Source: Antedon mediterranea
Taxonomy: Eukaryota > Animalia > Echinodermata
Length of the DNA: 64,000 nt
Direction of reading: 5' to 3'
Assembly (NCBI RefSeq): GCF_964355755.1
Contig: NC_092678.1
Coordinates: 10,724,352 to 10,788,351, forward strand
Part shown: positions 8,001 through 22,500 of the stretch, one piece after another
Layout: every line of letters begins with the position of its first letter
Position numbering within the stretch: the first letter of the stretch is position 1
Made by a program: the position numbers and the translations under genes
The notes under the pieces: generated by a model
The model's database searches: none
What the model was told of the DNA's origin: nothing
What the model saw: only the letters and a program-made list of their open reading frames with translations

Positions 8001-11000
8001 GCACATTGGTGTTTTTATGTTAAAAAGTTTTGTCGAAATGCTCAAAATGGTCTAAAACGTTTTTAAAACGATATTAAGCTATTTTGTCCTCTTTGATGTT
8101 TTTATGTAACCAAGTTTCATCGAAATGAACAAAATGGTCTAAAACGTCTCCAAATGCGATTTGAAGCTTTTCCAAGCACTTTGCTGTTTTTATGTTAACA
8201 AGTTTTTTCGAAAATCACAAAATGGTCTAAAACGTCTCCAAATGCGATTTGAAGGTATTCTGAGCACTTTGGTGTTTTTTTGTGAAAAGTTTTAACGAAA
8301 TGCTCAAAATGGTCTAAAACGGTTTCTAATGTGATTTTAAGCACTTTGATGTTTTTGTATAACCAAGTTTCATCGAAATGCACAAAATGGTCTAAAACGT
8401 CTCCAAATGCGATTTTAAGCTTTTCTAAGCACTTTGGTGTTTTTATGTTAACAAGGTTTTTCGAAAATCACAAAATGGTCTAAAACGTCTCCAAATGCGA
8501 TTTGAAGATATTCTGAGCACTTTGGTGTTTTTATGTTAACAAGTTTTTTCGAAAATCACAAAATGGTCTAAAACGTCTCAAAATACGATATTAAGCTGTT
8601 TTGTGCACTTTGATGATTTGTGTGAAAAGTTTTAACGAAATGCTCAAAATGGTCTAAAACGGTTTCTAATGTGATTTTAAGCACTTTGATGTTTTTATGT
8701 AGCCAAGTTTTTTCGAAAATCACAAAATGGTCAAAAACGTCTCCAAATGCGATTTGAAGCTTTTCTAAGCACTTTGGTTTTTTTATGTTAACAAGTTTTT
8801 TCGAAAATCACAAAATGGTCTAAAACGTCTTCAAATGCGATTTGAAGATATTCTGAGCACTTTGGTGTTTTTCTGTTAAAAAGTATTTTCGAAAATCACA
8901 AAATGGTCTAAAACGTCTCCAAATGCGATTTGAAGCTATTCTGTACATTTTGATGTTTTGTGTGAAAAAGTTTTGTCAAAATGCTCAAAATGGTCTAAAA
9001 CGTTTTTAAAACGATATTAAGCTATTTTGTGCTCTTTGATGTGTTTGTATAACCAAGTTTTTTCGAAAATCACAAAATGGTCTAAAACGTCTCCAAATGC
9101 GATTTGAAGCTTTTCTAAGCACTTTGCTGTTTTTATGTTAACAAGTTTTTTCGAAAATCACAAAATGGTCTAAAACGTCTCCAAATGCGATTTGAAGCTT
9201 TTCTAAGCACTTTGGTGTTTTTATGTTAACAAGTTTTTTCGAAAATCACAAAATGGTCTAAAACGTCTCAAAATGCGATTTGAAGGTATTCTGATCCCTT
9301 TGGTGTTTTTGTGTGAAAAGTTTTAACGAAATGCTCAAAATGGTCTAAAACGGTTTCTAATGTGATTTTAACCACTTTGATGTTTTTGTGTAACCAAGTT
9401 CTTTTCGAAAATCACAAAATGGTCTAAAACGTCTCCAAATGCGATTTGAAGCTCTTCTGTACACTTTGGTGTTTTTATGTTAACAAGTTTTTTCGAAAAT
9501 CACAAAATGGTCTAAAACGTCTCAAAATGCGATTTGAAGGTATTCTTAGCACTTTGGTGTTTTTGTGTGAAAAGTTTTAACGAAATGCTCAAAATGGTCT
9601 AAAACGGTTTCTAATGTGATTTTAACCACTTTGATGTTTTTGTGTAACCAAGTTTTTTCGAAAATCACAAAATGGTCTAAAACGTCTCCAAATGCGATTT
9701 GAAGCTATTCTGTACACTTTGATGTTTTGTGTGAAAAAAGTTTTGTCGAAATGCTCAAAATGGTCTCAAACGTTTTTAAAACGATATTAAGCTATTTTAT
9801 GCTCTTTGATGTTTTTGTGTAACCAAGTTTTTTCGAAAATCACAAAATTGTCTAAAACGTCTCCGAATGCGATTTGAAGCTCTTCTGTACACTTTGATGT
9901 TTTGTGTGAAAAAGTTTTCTCGAAATGCTAAAAATGGTCTAAAACGTTTTCCAATACCATATTAAGCTATTTTGTGCAATTTGATGTTTTTGTGTAACCA
10001 AGTTTTTTCGAAAATCACAAAATGGTCTAAAACGTCTCCAAATGCGATTTGAAGATATTCTGAGCACTTTGGTGTTTTTATGTTAAAAAGTTTTTTGGAA
10101 AATCACAAAATGGTCTAAAACGACTCCAAATGCGATTTGAAGCTATCCTGTACACTTTGATGTTTTGTGTGAAAAAGTTTTGTCGAAATGCTCAAAATGA
10201 TCTAAAACGTTTTTAAAACGATATTAAGCTATTTTGTGCTCTTTGATGTTTTTGTGTATCCAAGTTTCATCGAAATGAACAAAATGGTCTAAAACGTCTC
10301 CAAATGCGATTTGAAGGTATTCTGAGCACTTTGGTGTTTTTGTGTGAAAAGTTTTAACGAAATGCTCAAAATGGTCTAAAACGGTTTCTAATGTGATTTT
10401 AACCACTTTGATGTTTTTGTGTAACCAAGTTCTTTTCGAAAATCACAAAATGGTCTAAAACGTCTCCAAATGCTATTTGAAGCTTTTCTAAGCACTTTGG
10501 TGTTTTTATGTTAAAAAGTTTTTTCGAAAATCACAAAATGGTCTAAAACGTCTCCAAATGCGATTTGAAGCTCTTCTGTACACTTTGATGTTTTGTGTGA
10601 AAAAGTTTTGTCGAAATGCTCAAAATGGTCTAAAACGTTTTTAAATACGATATTAAGCTGTTTTGTGCACTTTGATGATTTGTGTGAAAAGTTTTAACGA
10701 AATGTTCAAAATAGTCTAAAACGGTTTCTAATGTGATTTTAAGCACTTTGATGTTTTTGTGTAACCAAGTTTTTTCGGAAATCACAAAATGGTCTAAAAC
10801 GTCTCAAAATGCGATTTGAAGCTTTTCTAAGCACTTTGGTGTTTTTATGTTAACAAGTTTTTTCGAAAATCACAAAATGGTCTAAAACGTCTCAAAATGC
10901 GATTGAAGGTATTCTGAGCACTTTGGTGTTTTTGTGTGAAAAGTTTTAACGAAATGCTCAAAATGGTCTAAAACGGTTCTAATGTGATTTTAAGCACTTT

Positions 11001-14000
11001 GATGTTTTTGTATAACCAAGTTTCATCGAAATGCTCAAAATGATGTAAAACGTTTTTAAAACGATATTAAGCTATTTTGTGCTCTTTGATGTTTTTGTGT
11101 AACCAAGTTTTTTCGAAAATCACAAAATGGTCTAAAACGTCTCCAAATGCGATTTGAAGCTTTTCTAAGCACTTTGGTGTTTTTATGTTAAGTTTTTTCG
11201 AAAATCACAAAATGGTCTAAAACGTCTCAAAATGCGATTTGAAGGTATTCTGAGCACTTTGGTGTTTTTGTGTGAAAAGTTTTAACGAAATGCTCAAAAT
11301 GGTCTAAAACGGTTTCTAATGTGATTTTAACCACTTTGATGTTTTTGTGTAACCAAGTTTTTTCGAAAATCACAAAATGGTCTAAAACGTCTCCAAATGC
11401 GATTTGAAGCTTTTCTAAGCACTTTGGTGTTTTTATGTTAACAAGTTTTTTCGAAAATCACAAAATGGTCTAAAACGTCTCAAATAGCGATTTGAAGCTA
11501 TTCTGTACACTTTGATGTTTTGTGTGAAAAAAGTTTTGTCGAAATGCTCAAAATGGTCTAAAACGTTTTTAAAACGATATTAAGCTATTTTGTGCTCTTT
11601 GATGTTTTTGTGTAACCAAGTTTTATCGAAATGAACAAAATGGTCTAAAACGTCTCCAAATGCGATTTGAAGCTTTTCCAAGCACTTTGCTGTTTTTATG
11701 TTAACAAGTTTTTTCGAAAATCACAAAATGGTCTAAAACGTCTCCAAATGCGATTTGAAGATATTCTGAGCACTTTGGTGTTTTTATGTTAAAAAGTTTT
11801 TTCGAAAATCACAAAATGGTCTAAAACGTCTCCAAATGCGATTTGAAGCTATTCTATACACTTTGATGTTTTGTGTTAAAAAGTTTTGTCGAAATGCTCA
11901 AAATGGTTTAAAACGTTTTTAAAACGATATTAAGCTATTTTGTGCTCTTTGATGTTTTTGTGTAACCAAGTTTCATCGAAATGAACAAAATGGTCTAAAA
12001 CGTCTCCAAATGCGATTTGAAGCTTTTCCAAGCACTTTGCTGTTTTTATGTTAACAAGTTTTTTCGAAAATCACAAAATTGTCTAAAACGTCTCAAAATG
12101 CGATTTGAAGGTATTCTGAGCACTTTGGTGTTTTTGTGTGAAAAGTTTTAACGAAAAGCTCAAAATGGTCTAAAACGGTTCTAATGTGATTTTAAGCACT
12201 TTGATGTTTTTGTACAACCAAGTTTCATCGAAATGCTCAAAATGGTCTAAAACGTTTTTAAAACGATATTAAGCTATTTTGTGCTCTTTGATGTTTTTGT
12301 GTAACCAAGTTTTTTCGAAAATCACAAAATGGTCTAAAACGTCTCCAAATGCGATTTGAAGCTTTTCTAAGCACTTTGGTGTTTTTATGTTAACAAGTTT
12401 TTTCGAAAATCACAAAATGGTCTAAAACGTCTCAAAATGCGATTTGAAGGTATTCTGAGCACTTTGGTGTTTTTGTGTGAAAAGTTTTAACGAAATGCTC
12501 AAAATGGTCTAAAACGGTTTCTAATGTGATTTTAACCACTTTGATGTTTTTGTGTAACCAAGTTCTTTTCGAAAATCACAAAATGGTCTAAAACGTCTCC
12601 AAATGCGATTTGAAGCTTTTCTAAGCACTTTGGTGTTTTTATGTTAACAAGTTTTTTCGAAAATCACAAAATGGTCTAAAACGTCTCAAAATGCGATTTG
12701 AAGGTATTCTGAGCACTTTGGTGTTTTTGTGTGAAAAGTTTTAACGAAATGCTCAAAATGGTCTAAAACGGTTTCTAATGTGATTTTAACAACTTTGATG
12801 TTTTTGTGTAACCAAGTTTTTTCGAAAATCACAAAATGGTCTAAAACGTTTCCAAATGCGATTTGAAGCTTTTCTAAGCACTTTGGTGTTTTTATGTTAA
12901 CAAGTTTTTTCGAAAATCACAAAATGGTCTAAAACGTCTCCAAATGCGATTTGAAGATATTCTGAGCACTTTGGTGTTTTTCTGTTAAAAAGTATTTTCG
13001 AAAATCACAAAATGGTCTAAAACGTCTCCAAATGCAATTTGAAGCTATTCTGTACACTTTGATGTTTTGTGTGAAAAAGTTTTGTCAAAATGCTCAAAAT
13101 GGTCTAAAACGTTTTTAAAACGATATTAAGCTATTTTGTGCTCTTTGATGTTTTTGTATAACCAAGTTTTTTCGAAAATCACAAAATGGTCTAAAACGTC
13201 TCCAAATGCGATTTGAAGCTTTTCTAAACACTTTGGTGTTTTTATGTTAACAAGTTTTTTCGAAAATCACAAAATGGTCTAAAACGTCTCCAAATCCGAT
13301 TTGAAGCTATTCTGTACACTTTGATGTTTTGTGTGAAAAAGTTTTGTCGAAATGCTCAAAATGGTCTAAAACGTTTTTAAAACGATATTAAGCTATTTTG
13401 TGCTCTTTGATGTTTTTGTGTAACCAAGTTTCATCGATATGAACAAAATGGTCTAAAACGTCTCAAAATGCGATTTGAAGGTATTCTGAGCACTTTGGTG
13501 CTTTTGGGTGAAAAGTTTTAACGAAATGCTCAAAATGGTCTAAAACGGTTTCTAATGTGATTTTAAGCACTTTGAAGTATTTGTAAAAACAAGTTTCATC
13601 GAAATGCACAAAATAGTCTAAAACGTCTCCAAATGCGATTTGAAGCTTTTCTAAGCACTTTGGTGTTTTTATGTTAACAAGTTTTTTCGAAAATCACAAA
13701 ATGGTCTAAAACGTCTCCAAATGCGATTTGAAGATATTCTGAGCACTTTGGTGTTTTTATGTTAAAAAGTATTTTCGAAAATCACAAAATGGTCTAAAAC
13801 GTCTCCAAATGCGATTTGAAGCTCTTCTGTACACTTTGATGTTTTGTGTGAAAAAGTTTAGTCGAAATGCTCAAAATGGTCTAAAACGTTTTTAAAACGA
13901 TATTAAGCTATTTTGTGCTCTTTGATGTTTTTGTGTAACCAAGTTTCATCGAAATGAACAAAATGGTCTAAAACGTCTCCAAATGCGATTTGAAGCTTTT

Positions 14001-16525
14001 CTAAGCACTTTGGTGTTTTTATGTTAACAAGTTTTTTCGAAAATCACAAAATGGTCTAAAACGTCTCCAAATGCGATTTGAAGATATTCTGAGCACTTTG
14101 CTGTTTTTATGTTAACAAGTTTTTTCGAAAATCACAAAATGGTCTAAAACGTCTCAAAATGCTATTTGAAGGTATTCTGAGCACTTTGGTGTTTTTGTGT
14201 GAAAAGTTTTAACGAAATGCTCAAAATGGTCTAAAACGGTTCTAATGTGATTTTAAACACTTTGATGTTTTGTGTGAAAAAGTTTTGTCAAAATGCTCAA
14301 AATGGTCTAAAACGTTTTTAAAACGATATTAAGCTATTTTGTGCTCTTTGATGTTTTTGTATAACCAAGTTTTTTCGAAAATCACAAAATGGTCTAAAAC
14401 GTCTCCAAATGCGATTTGAAGATATTCTGAGCACTTTGGTGTTTTTATGTTAAAAAGTTTTTTCGAAAATCACAAAATGGTCTAAAACGTCTCCAAATGC
14501 GATTTGAAGATATTCTGAGCACTTTGGTGTTTTTATGTTAAAAAGTTTTTTCGAAAATCACAAAATGGTCTAAAACGTCTCCAAATGCGATTTGAAGCTA
14601 TTCTATACACTTTGATGTTTTGTGTTAAAAAGTTTTGTCGAAATGCTCAAAATGGTTTAAAACGTTTTTAAAACGATATTAAGCTATTTTGTGCTCTTTG
14701 ATGTTTTTGTGTAACCAAGTTTCATCGAAATTAACAAAATGGTCTAAAACGTCTCCAAATGCGATTTGAAGCTTTTCCAAGCACTTTGCTGTTTTTATGT
14801 TAACAAGTTTTTTCGAAAATCACAAAATTGTCTAAAACGTCTCAAAATGCGATTTGAAGGTATTCTGAGCACTTTGGTGTTTTTGTGTGAAAAGTTTTAA
14901 CGAAAAGCTCAAAATGGTCTAAAACGGTTCTAATGTGATTTTAAGCACTTTGATGTTTTTGTACAACCAAGTTTCATCGAAATGCTCAAAATGGTCTAAA
15001 ACGTTTTTAAAACGATATTAAGCTATTTTGTGCTCTTTGATGTTTTTGTGTAACCAAGTTTTTTCGAAAATCACAAAATGGTCTAAAACGTCTCCAAATG
15101 CGATTTGAAGCTTTTCTAAGCACTTTGGTGTTTTTATGTTAACAAGTTTTTTCGAAAATCACAAAATGGTCTAAAACGTCTCAAAATGCGATTTGAAGGT
15201 ATTCTGAGCACTTTGGTGTTTTTGTGTGAAAAGTTTTAACGAAATGCTCAAAATGGTCTAAAACGGTTTCTAATGTGATTTTAACCACTTTGATGTTTTT
15301 GTGTAACCAAGTTCTTTTCGAAAATCACAAAATGGTCTAAAACGTCTCCAAATGCGATTTGAAGCTTTTCTAAGCACTTTGGTGTTTTTATGTTAACAAG
15401 TTTTTTCGAAAATCACAAAATGGTCTAAAACGTCTCAAAATGCGATTTGAAGGTATTCTGAGCACTTTGGTGTTTTTGTGTGAAAAGTTTTAACGAAATG
15501 CTCAAAATGGTCTAAAACGGTTTCTAATGTGATTTTAACCACTTTGATGTTTTTGTGTAACCAAGTTTTTTCGAAAATCACAAAATGGTCTAAAACGTCT
15601 CCAAATGCGATTTGAAGCTTTTCTAAGCACTTTGGTGTTTTTATGTTAACAAGTTTTTTCGAAAATCACAAAATGGTCTAAAACGTCTCCAAATGCGATT
15701 TGAAGCTATTCTGTACACTTTGATGTTTTGTGTGAAAAGTTTTAACGAAATGCTCAAAATTGTCTAAAACGGTTTCTAATGTGATTTTAAGCACTTTGAT
15801 GTTTTTGTAAAACCAAGTTTCATCGAAATGCACAAAATGGTCTAAAACGTCTCCAAATGCGATTTGAAGCTTTTCCAAGCACTTTGGTGTTTTTATGTTA
15901 ACAAGGTTTTTCGAAAATCACAAAATGGTCTAAAACGTCTCGAAATGCGATTTGAAGCTTTTCCAAGCACTTTGCTGTTTTTATGTTAACAAGTTTTTTC
16001 GAAAATCACAAAATGGTCTAAAACGTCTCAAAATACGATATTAAGCTGTTTTGTGCACTTTGATGATTTGTGTGAAAAGTTTTAACGAAATGCTCAAAAT
16101 GGTCTAAAACGGTTTCTAATGTGATTTTAAGCACTTTGATGTTTTTATGTAGCCAAGTTTTTTCGAAAATCACAAAATGGTCAAAAACGTCTCCAAATGC
16201 GATTTGAAGCTTTTCTAAGCACTTTGGTTTTTTTATGTTAACAAGTTTTTTCGAAAATCACAAAATGGTCTAAAACGTCTTCAAATGCGATTTGAAGATA
16301 TTCTGAGCACTTTGGTGTTTTTCTGTTAAAAAGTATTTTCGAAAATCACAAAATGGCCTAAAACGTCTCCAAATGCGATTTGAAGCTATTCTGTACACTT
16401 TGATGTTTTGTGTGAAAAAGTTTTGTCAAAATGCTCAAAATGGTCTAAAACGTTTTTAAAACGATATTAAGCTATTTTGTGCTCTTTGATGTGTTTGTAT
16501 AACCAAGTTTTTTCGAAAATCACAA

Positions 16526-19500
16526 AATGGTCTAAAACGTCTCCAAATGCGATTTGAAGCTTTTCCAAGCACTTTGCTGTTTTTATGTTAACAATTTTTT
16601 TCGAAAATCATAAAATGGTCTAAAACGTCTCCAAATGCGATTTGAAGCTATTCTGTACACTTTGATGTTTTGTGTGAAAAGTTTTGTCGAAATGCTCAAA
16701 ATGGTCTAAAACGTTTTTAAAACGATATTAAGCTATTTTGTGCTCTTTGATGTTTTTGTGTAACCAAGTTTCATCGAAATGAACAAAATGGTCTAAAACG
16801 TCTCCAAATGCGATTTGAAGCTTTTCTAAGCACTTTGGTGTTTTTATGTTAACAAGTTTTTTCGAAAATCACAAAATGGTCTAAAACGTCTCCAAATGCG
16901 ATTTGAAGATATTCTGAGCACTTTGCTGTTTTTATGTTAACAAGTTTTTTCGAAAATCACAAAATGGTCTAAAACGTCTCAAAATGCTATTTGAAGGTAT
17001 TCTGAGCACTTTGGTGTTTTTGTGTGAAAAGTTTTAACGAAATGCTCAAAATGGTCTAAAACGGTTCTAATGTGATTTTAAGCACTTTGATGTTTTTGTA
17101 TAACCAAGTTTCATCGAAATGCTCAAAATGGTCTAAAACGTTTTTAAAACGATATTAAGCTATTTTGTGCTCTTTGATGTTTTTGTGTAACGAAGTTTCA
17201 TCGAAATGAACAAAATGGTCTAAAACGTCTCCAAATGCGATTTGAAGCTTTTCCAAGCACTTTGCTGTTTTTATGTTAACAAGTTTTTTCGAAAATCACA
17301 AAATGGCCTAAAACGTCTCAAAATGCGATTTCAAGGTATTCTGAGCACTTTGGTGTTTTTGTGTGAAAGGTTTTAACGAAATGCTCAAAATGGTCTAAAA
17401 CGGTTTCTAATGTGATTTTAAGCACTTTGATGTTTTTGTATAACCAAGTTTCATCGAAATGCACAAAATGGTCTAAAACGTCTCCAAATGCGATTTGAAG
17501 CTTTTCTAAGCACTTTGCTGTTTTTATGTTAACAAGTTTTTTCGAAAATCACAAAATGGTCTAAAACGTCTCCAAATGCGATTTGAAGATATTCTGAGCA
17601 CTTTGGTGTTTTTATGTTAAAAAGTTTTTTCGAAAATCACAAAATGGTCTAAAACGTCTCCAAATGCGATTTGAAGATATTCTGAGCACTTTGGTGTTTT
17701 TATGTTAAAAAGTTTTTTCGAAAATCACAAAATGGTCTAAAACGTCTCCAAATGCGATTTGAAGCTATTCTGTACACTTTGATGTTTTGTGTGAAAAAGT
17801 TTTGTCGAAATGCTCAAAATGGTCTAAAACGTTTTTAAAACGATATTAAGCTATTTTGTGCTCTTTGATGTTTTTCTGTAACCAAGTTTTATCGAAATGA
17901 ACAAAATGGTCTAAAACGTCTCCAAATGCGATTTGAAGCTTTTCCAAGCACTTTGCTGTTTTTATGTTAACAAGTTTTTTCGAAAATCACAAAATGGTCT
18001 AAAACGTCTCAAAATGCGATTTGAAGGTATTCTGAGCACTTTGGTGTTTTTGTGTGAAAAGTTTTAACGAAATGCTCAAAATTGTCTAAAACGGTTTCTA
18101 ATGTGATTTTAAGCACTTTGATGTTTTTGTAAAACCAAGTTTCATCGAAATGAACAAAATGGTCTAAAATGTCTCCAAATGCGATTTGAAGCTTTTCCAA
18201 GCACTTTACTGTTTTTATGTTAACAAGCTTTTTCGAAAATCACAAAATGGTCTAAAACGTCTCCAAATGCGATTTGAAGATATTCTGAGCACTTTGGTGT
18301 TTTTATGTTAAAAAGTTTTTTCGAAAATCACAAAATGGTCTAAAACGTCTCCAAATGCGATTTGAAGATATTCTGAGCACTTTGGTGTTTTTATGTTAAA
18401 AAGTTTTTTCGAAAATCACAAAATGGTCTAAAACGTCTCCAAATGCGATTTGAAGCTATTCTGTACACTTTGATGTTTTGTGTGAAAAAGTTTTGTCGAA
18501 ATGCTCAAAATGGTTTAAAACGTTTTTAAAACGATATTAAGTTATTTTGTGCTCTTTGATGTTTTTGTGTAACCAAGTTTCATCGAAATGAACAAAATGG
18601 TCTAAAACGTCTCCAAATGCGATTTGAAGCTTTTCCAAGCACTTTGCTGTTTTTATGTTAACAAGTTTTTTCGAAAATCACAAAATGGCCTAAAACGTCT
18701 CAAAATGCGATTTGAAGGTATTCTGAGCACTTTGGTGTTTTTGTGTGAAAAGTTTTAACGAAATGCTCAAAATGGTCTAAAACGGTTCTAATGTGATTTT
18801 AAGCTATTCTAGACACTTTGATGTTTTGTGTGAAAAAGTTTTCTCGAAATGCTCAAAATGGTCTAAAACGTTTTCCAATACCATATTAAGCTATTTTGTG
18901 CAATTTGATGTTTTTGTGTAACCAAGTTTTTTGAAATGCGATTTGAAGATATTCTGAGGACTTTGGTGTTTTTATGTTAAAAAGTTTTTTCGAAAATCAC
19001 AAAATGGTCTAAAACGTCTCCAAATGCGATTTGAAGATATTCTGAGCACTTTGGTGTTTTTATGTTAAAAAGTTTTTTCGAAAATCACAAAATGGTCTAA
19101 AACGTCTCCAAATGCGAGTTGAAGCTATTCTGTACACTTTGATGTTTTGTGTGAAAAAGTTTTGTCGAAATGCTCAAAATGGTCTAAAACGTTTTTAAAA
19201 CGATATTAAGCTATTTTGTGCTCTTTGATGTTTTTGTGTAACCAAGTTTTTTCGAAAATCACAAAATGGTCTAAAACGTCTCCAAATGCGATTTGAAGCT
19301 TTTCTAAGCACTTTGGTGTTTTTATGTTAACAAGTTTTTTCGCAAATCACAAAATGGTCTAAAACGTCTCCAAATGCGATTTGAAGATATTCTGAGCACA
19401 TTGGTGTTTTTATGTTAAAAAGTTTTTTCGAAAATCACAAAATGGTCTAAAACGTTTCCAAATGCGATTTGAAGCTCTTCTGTACACTTTGATGTTTTGT

Positions 19501-22500
19501 GTGAAAAAGTTTTGTCGAAATGCTCAAAATGGTCTAAAACGTTTTTAAATACGATATTAAGCTGTTTTGTGCACTTTGATGGTTTGTGTGAAAAGTTTTA
19601 ACGAAATGCTCAAAATGGTCAAAAACGGTTTCTAATGTGATTTTAAGCACTTTGATGTTTTTGTGTAACCAAGTTTTTTCGAAAATCACAAAATGGTCTA
19701 AAACGTCTCCAAATGCGATTTGAAGCTTTTCTAAACACTTTGGTGTTTTTATGTTAACAAGTTTTTTCGAAAATCACAAAATGGTCTAAAACGTCTCCAA
19801 ATGCGATTTGAAGATATTCTGTACACTTTGATGTTTTGTGTGAAAAAGTTTTCTCGAAATGCTCAAAATGGTCTAAAACGTTTTCCAATACCATATTAAG
19901 CTATTTTGTGCAATTTGATGTTTTTATGTAACCAAGTTTTTTGAAATGCGACTTGAAGATATTCTGAGCACTTTGGTGTTTTTATGTTAAAAAGTTTTTT
20001 CGAAAATCACAAAATGGTCTAAAACGTCTCCAAATGCGATTTGAAGATATTCTGAGCACTTTGGTGTTTTTATGTTAAAAAGTTTTTTCGAAAATCACAA
20101 AATGGTCTAAAACGTCTCCAAATGCGATTTGAAGCTATTCTGTACACTTTGATGTTTTGTGTGAAAAAGTTTTGTCGAAATGCTCAAAATGGTCTAAAAC
20201 GTTTTTAAAACGATATTAAGCTATTTTGTGCTCTTTGATGTTTTTGTGTAACCAAGTTTTTTCGAAAATCACAAAATGGTCTAAAACGTCTCCAAATGCG
20301 ATTTGAAGCTTTTCTAAGCACTTTGGTGTTTTTATGTTAACAAGTTTTTTCGAAAATCACAAAATGGTCTAAAACGTCTCAAAATGCGATTTGAAGGTAT
20401 TCTGAGCACTTTGGTGTTTTTGTGTGAAAAGTTTTAACGAAATGCTCAAAATGGTCTAAAACGGTTTCTAATGTGATTTTAAGCACTTTGATGTTTTTGT
20501 GTAACCAAGTTTTTTCGAAAATCACAAAATGGTCTAAAACGTCTCCAAATGCGATTTGAAGCTATTCTGTACACTTTGATGTTTTGTGTGAAAAAAGTTT
20601 TGTCGAAATGCTCAAAATGGTCTAAAACGTTTTTAAAACGATATTGAGCTATTTTGTGCTCTTTGATGTTTTTGTGTAACCAAGTTTTATCGAAATGAAC
20701 AAAATGGTCTAAAACGTCTCCAAATGCGATTTGAAGCTTTTCCAAGCACTTTGCTGTTTTTATGTTAACAGGTTTTTTCGAAAATCACAAAATGGTCTAA
20801 AACGTCTCAAAATGCGATTTGAAGGTATTCTGAGCACTTTGGTGTTTTTGTGTGAAAAGTTTTAACGAAATGCTCAAAATTGTCTAAAACGGTTTCTAAT
20901 GTGATTTTAAGCACTTTGATGTTTTTGTAAAACCAAGTTTCATCGAAATGCACAAAATGGTCTAAAATGTCTCCAAATGCGATTTGAAGCTTTTCCAAGC
21001 ACTTTGCTGTTTTTATGTTAACAAGCTTTTTCGAAAATCACAAAATGGTCTAAAACGTCTCCAAATGCGATTTGAAGATATTCTGAGCACTTTGGTGTTT
21101 TTATGTTAAAAAGTTTTTTCGAAAATCACAAAATGGTCTAAAACGTCTCCAAATGCGATTTGAAGATATTCTGAGCACTTTGGTGTTTTTAAGTTAAAAA
21201 GTTTTTTCGAAAATCACAAAATGGTCTAAAACGTCTCCAAATGCGATTTGAAGCTATTCTGTACACTTTGATGTTTTGTGTGAAAAAGTTTTGTCGAAAT
21301 GCTCAAAATGGTTTAAAACGTTTTTAAAACGATATTAAGCTATTTTGTGCTCTTTGATGTTTTTGTATAACCAAGTTTCATCGAAATGCACAAAATGGTC
21401 TAAAACGTCTCCAAATGCGATTTGAAGCTTTTCTAAGCACTTTGCTGTTTTTATGTTAACAAGTTTTTTCGAAAATCACAAAATGGTCTAAAACGTCTCC
21501 AAATGCGATTTGAAGATATTCTGAGCACTTTGGTGTTTTTATGTTAAAAAGTTTTTTCGAAAATCACAAAATGGTCTAAAACGTCTCCAAATGCGATTTG
21601 AAGATATTCTGAGCACTTTGGTGTTTTTATGTTAAAAAGTTTTTTCGAAAATCACAAAATTGTCTAAAACGTCTCCAAATGCGATTTGAAGCTATTCTGT
21701 ACCCTTTGATGTTTTGTGTGAAAAAGTTTTGTCGAAATGCTCAAAATGGTCTAAAACGTTTTTAAAACGATATAAAGCTATTTTGTGCTCTTTGATGTTT
21801 TTGTGTAACCAAGTTTTTTCGAAAATCACAAAATGGTCTAAAACGTCTCCAAATGCGATTTGAAGCTTTTCTAAGCACTTTGGTGTTTTTATGTTAACAA
21901 GTTTTTTCGAAAATCACAAAATGGTCTAAAACGTCTTAAAATGCGATTTGAAGGTATTCTGAGCACTTTGGTGTTTTTGTGTGAAAAGTTTTAACGAAAT
22001 GCTCAAAATGGTCTAAAACGGTTTCTAATGTGATTTTAACCACTTTGATGTTTTTGTGTAACCAAGTTTTTTCGAAAATCACAAAATGGTCTAAAACGTC
22101 TCCAAATGCGATTTGAAGCTTTTCTAAGCACTTTGGTGTTTTTATGTTAACAAGTTTTTTCGAAAATCACAAAATGGTCTAAAACGTCTCCAAATGCGAT
22201 TTGAAGCTATTCTGTACACTTTGATGTTTTGTGTGAAAAAAGTTTTGTCGAAATGCTCAAAATGGTCTAAAACGTTTTTAAAACGATATTAAGCTATTTT
22301 GTGCTCTTTGATGTTTTTGTGTAACCAAGTTTTATCGAAATGAACAAAATGGTCTAAAACGTCTCCAAATGCGATTTGAAGCTTTTCTAAGCACTTTGCT
22401 GTTTTTATGTTAACAAGTTTTTTCGAAAATCACAAAATGGTCTAAAACGTCTCCAAATGCGATTTGAAGATATTCTGAGCACTTTGGTGTTTTTATGTTA

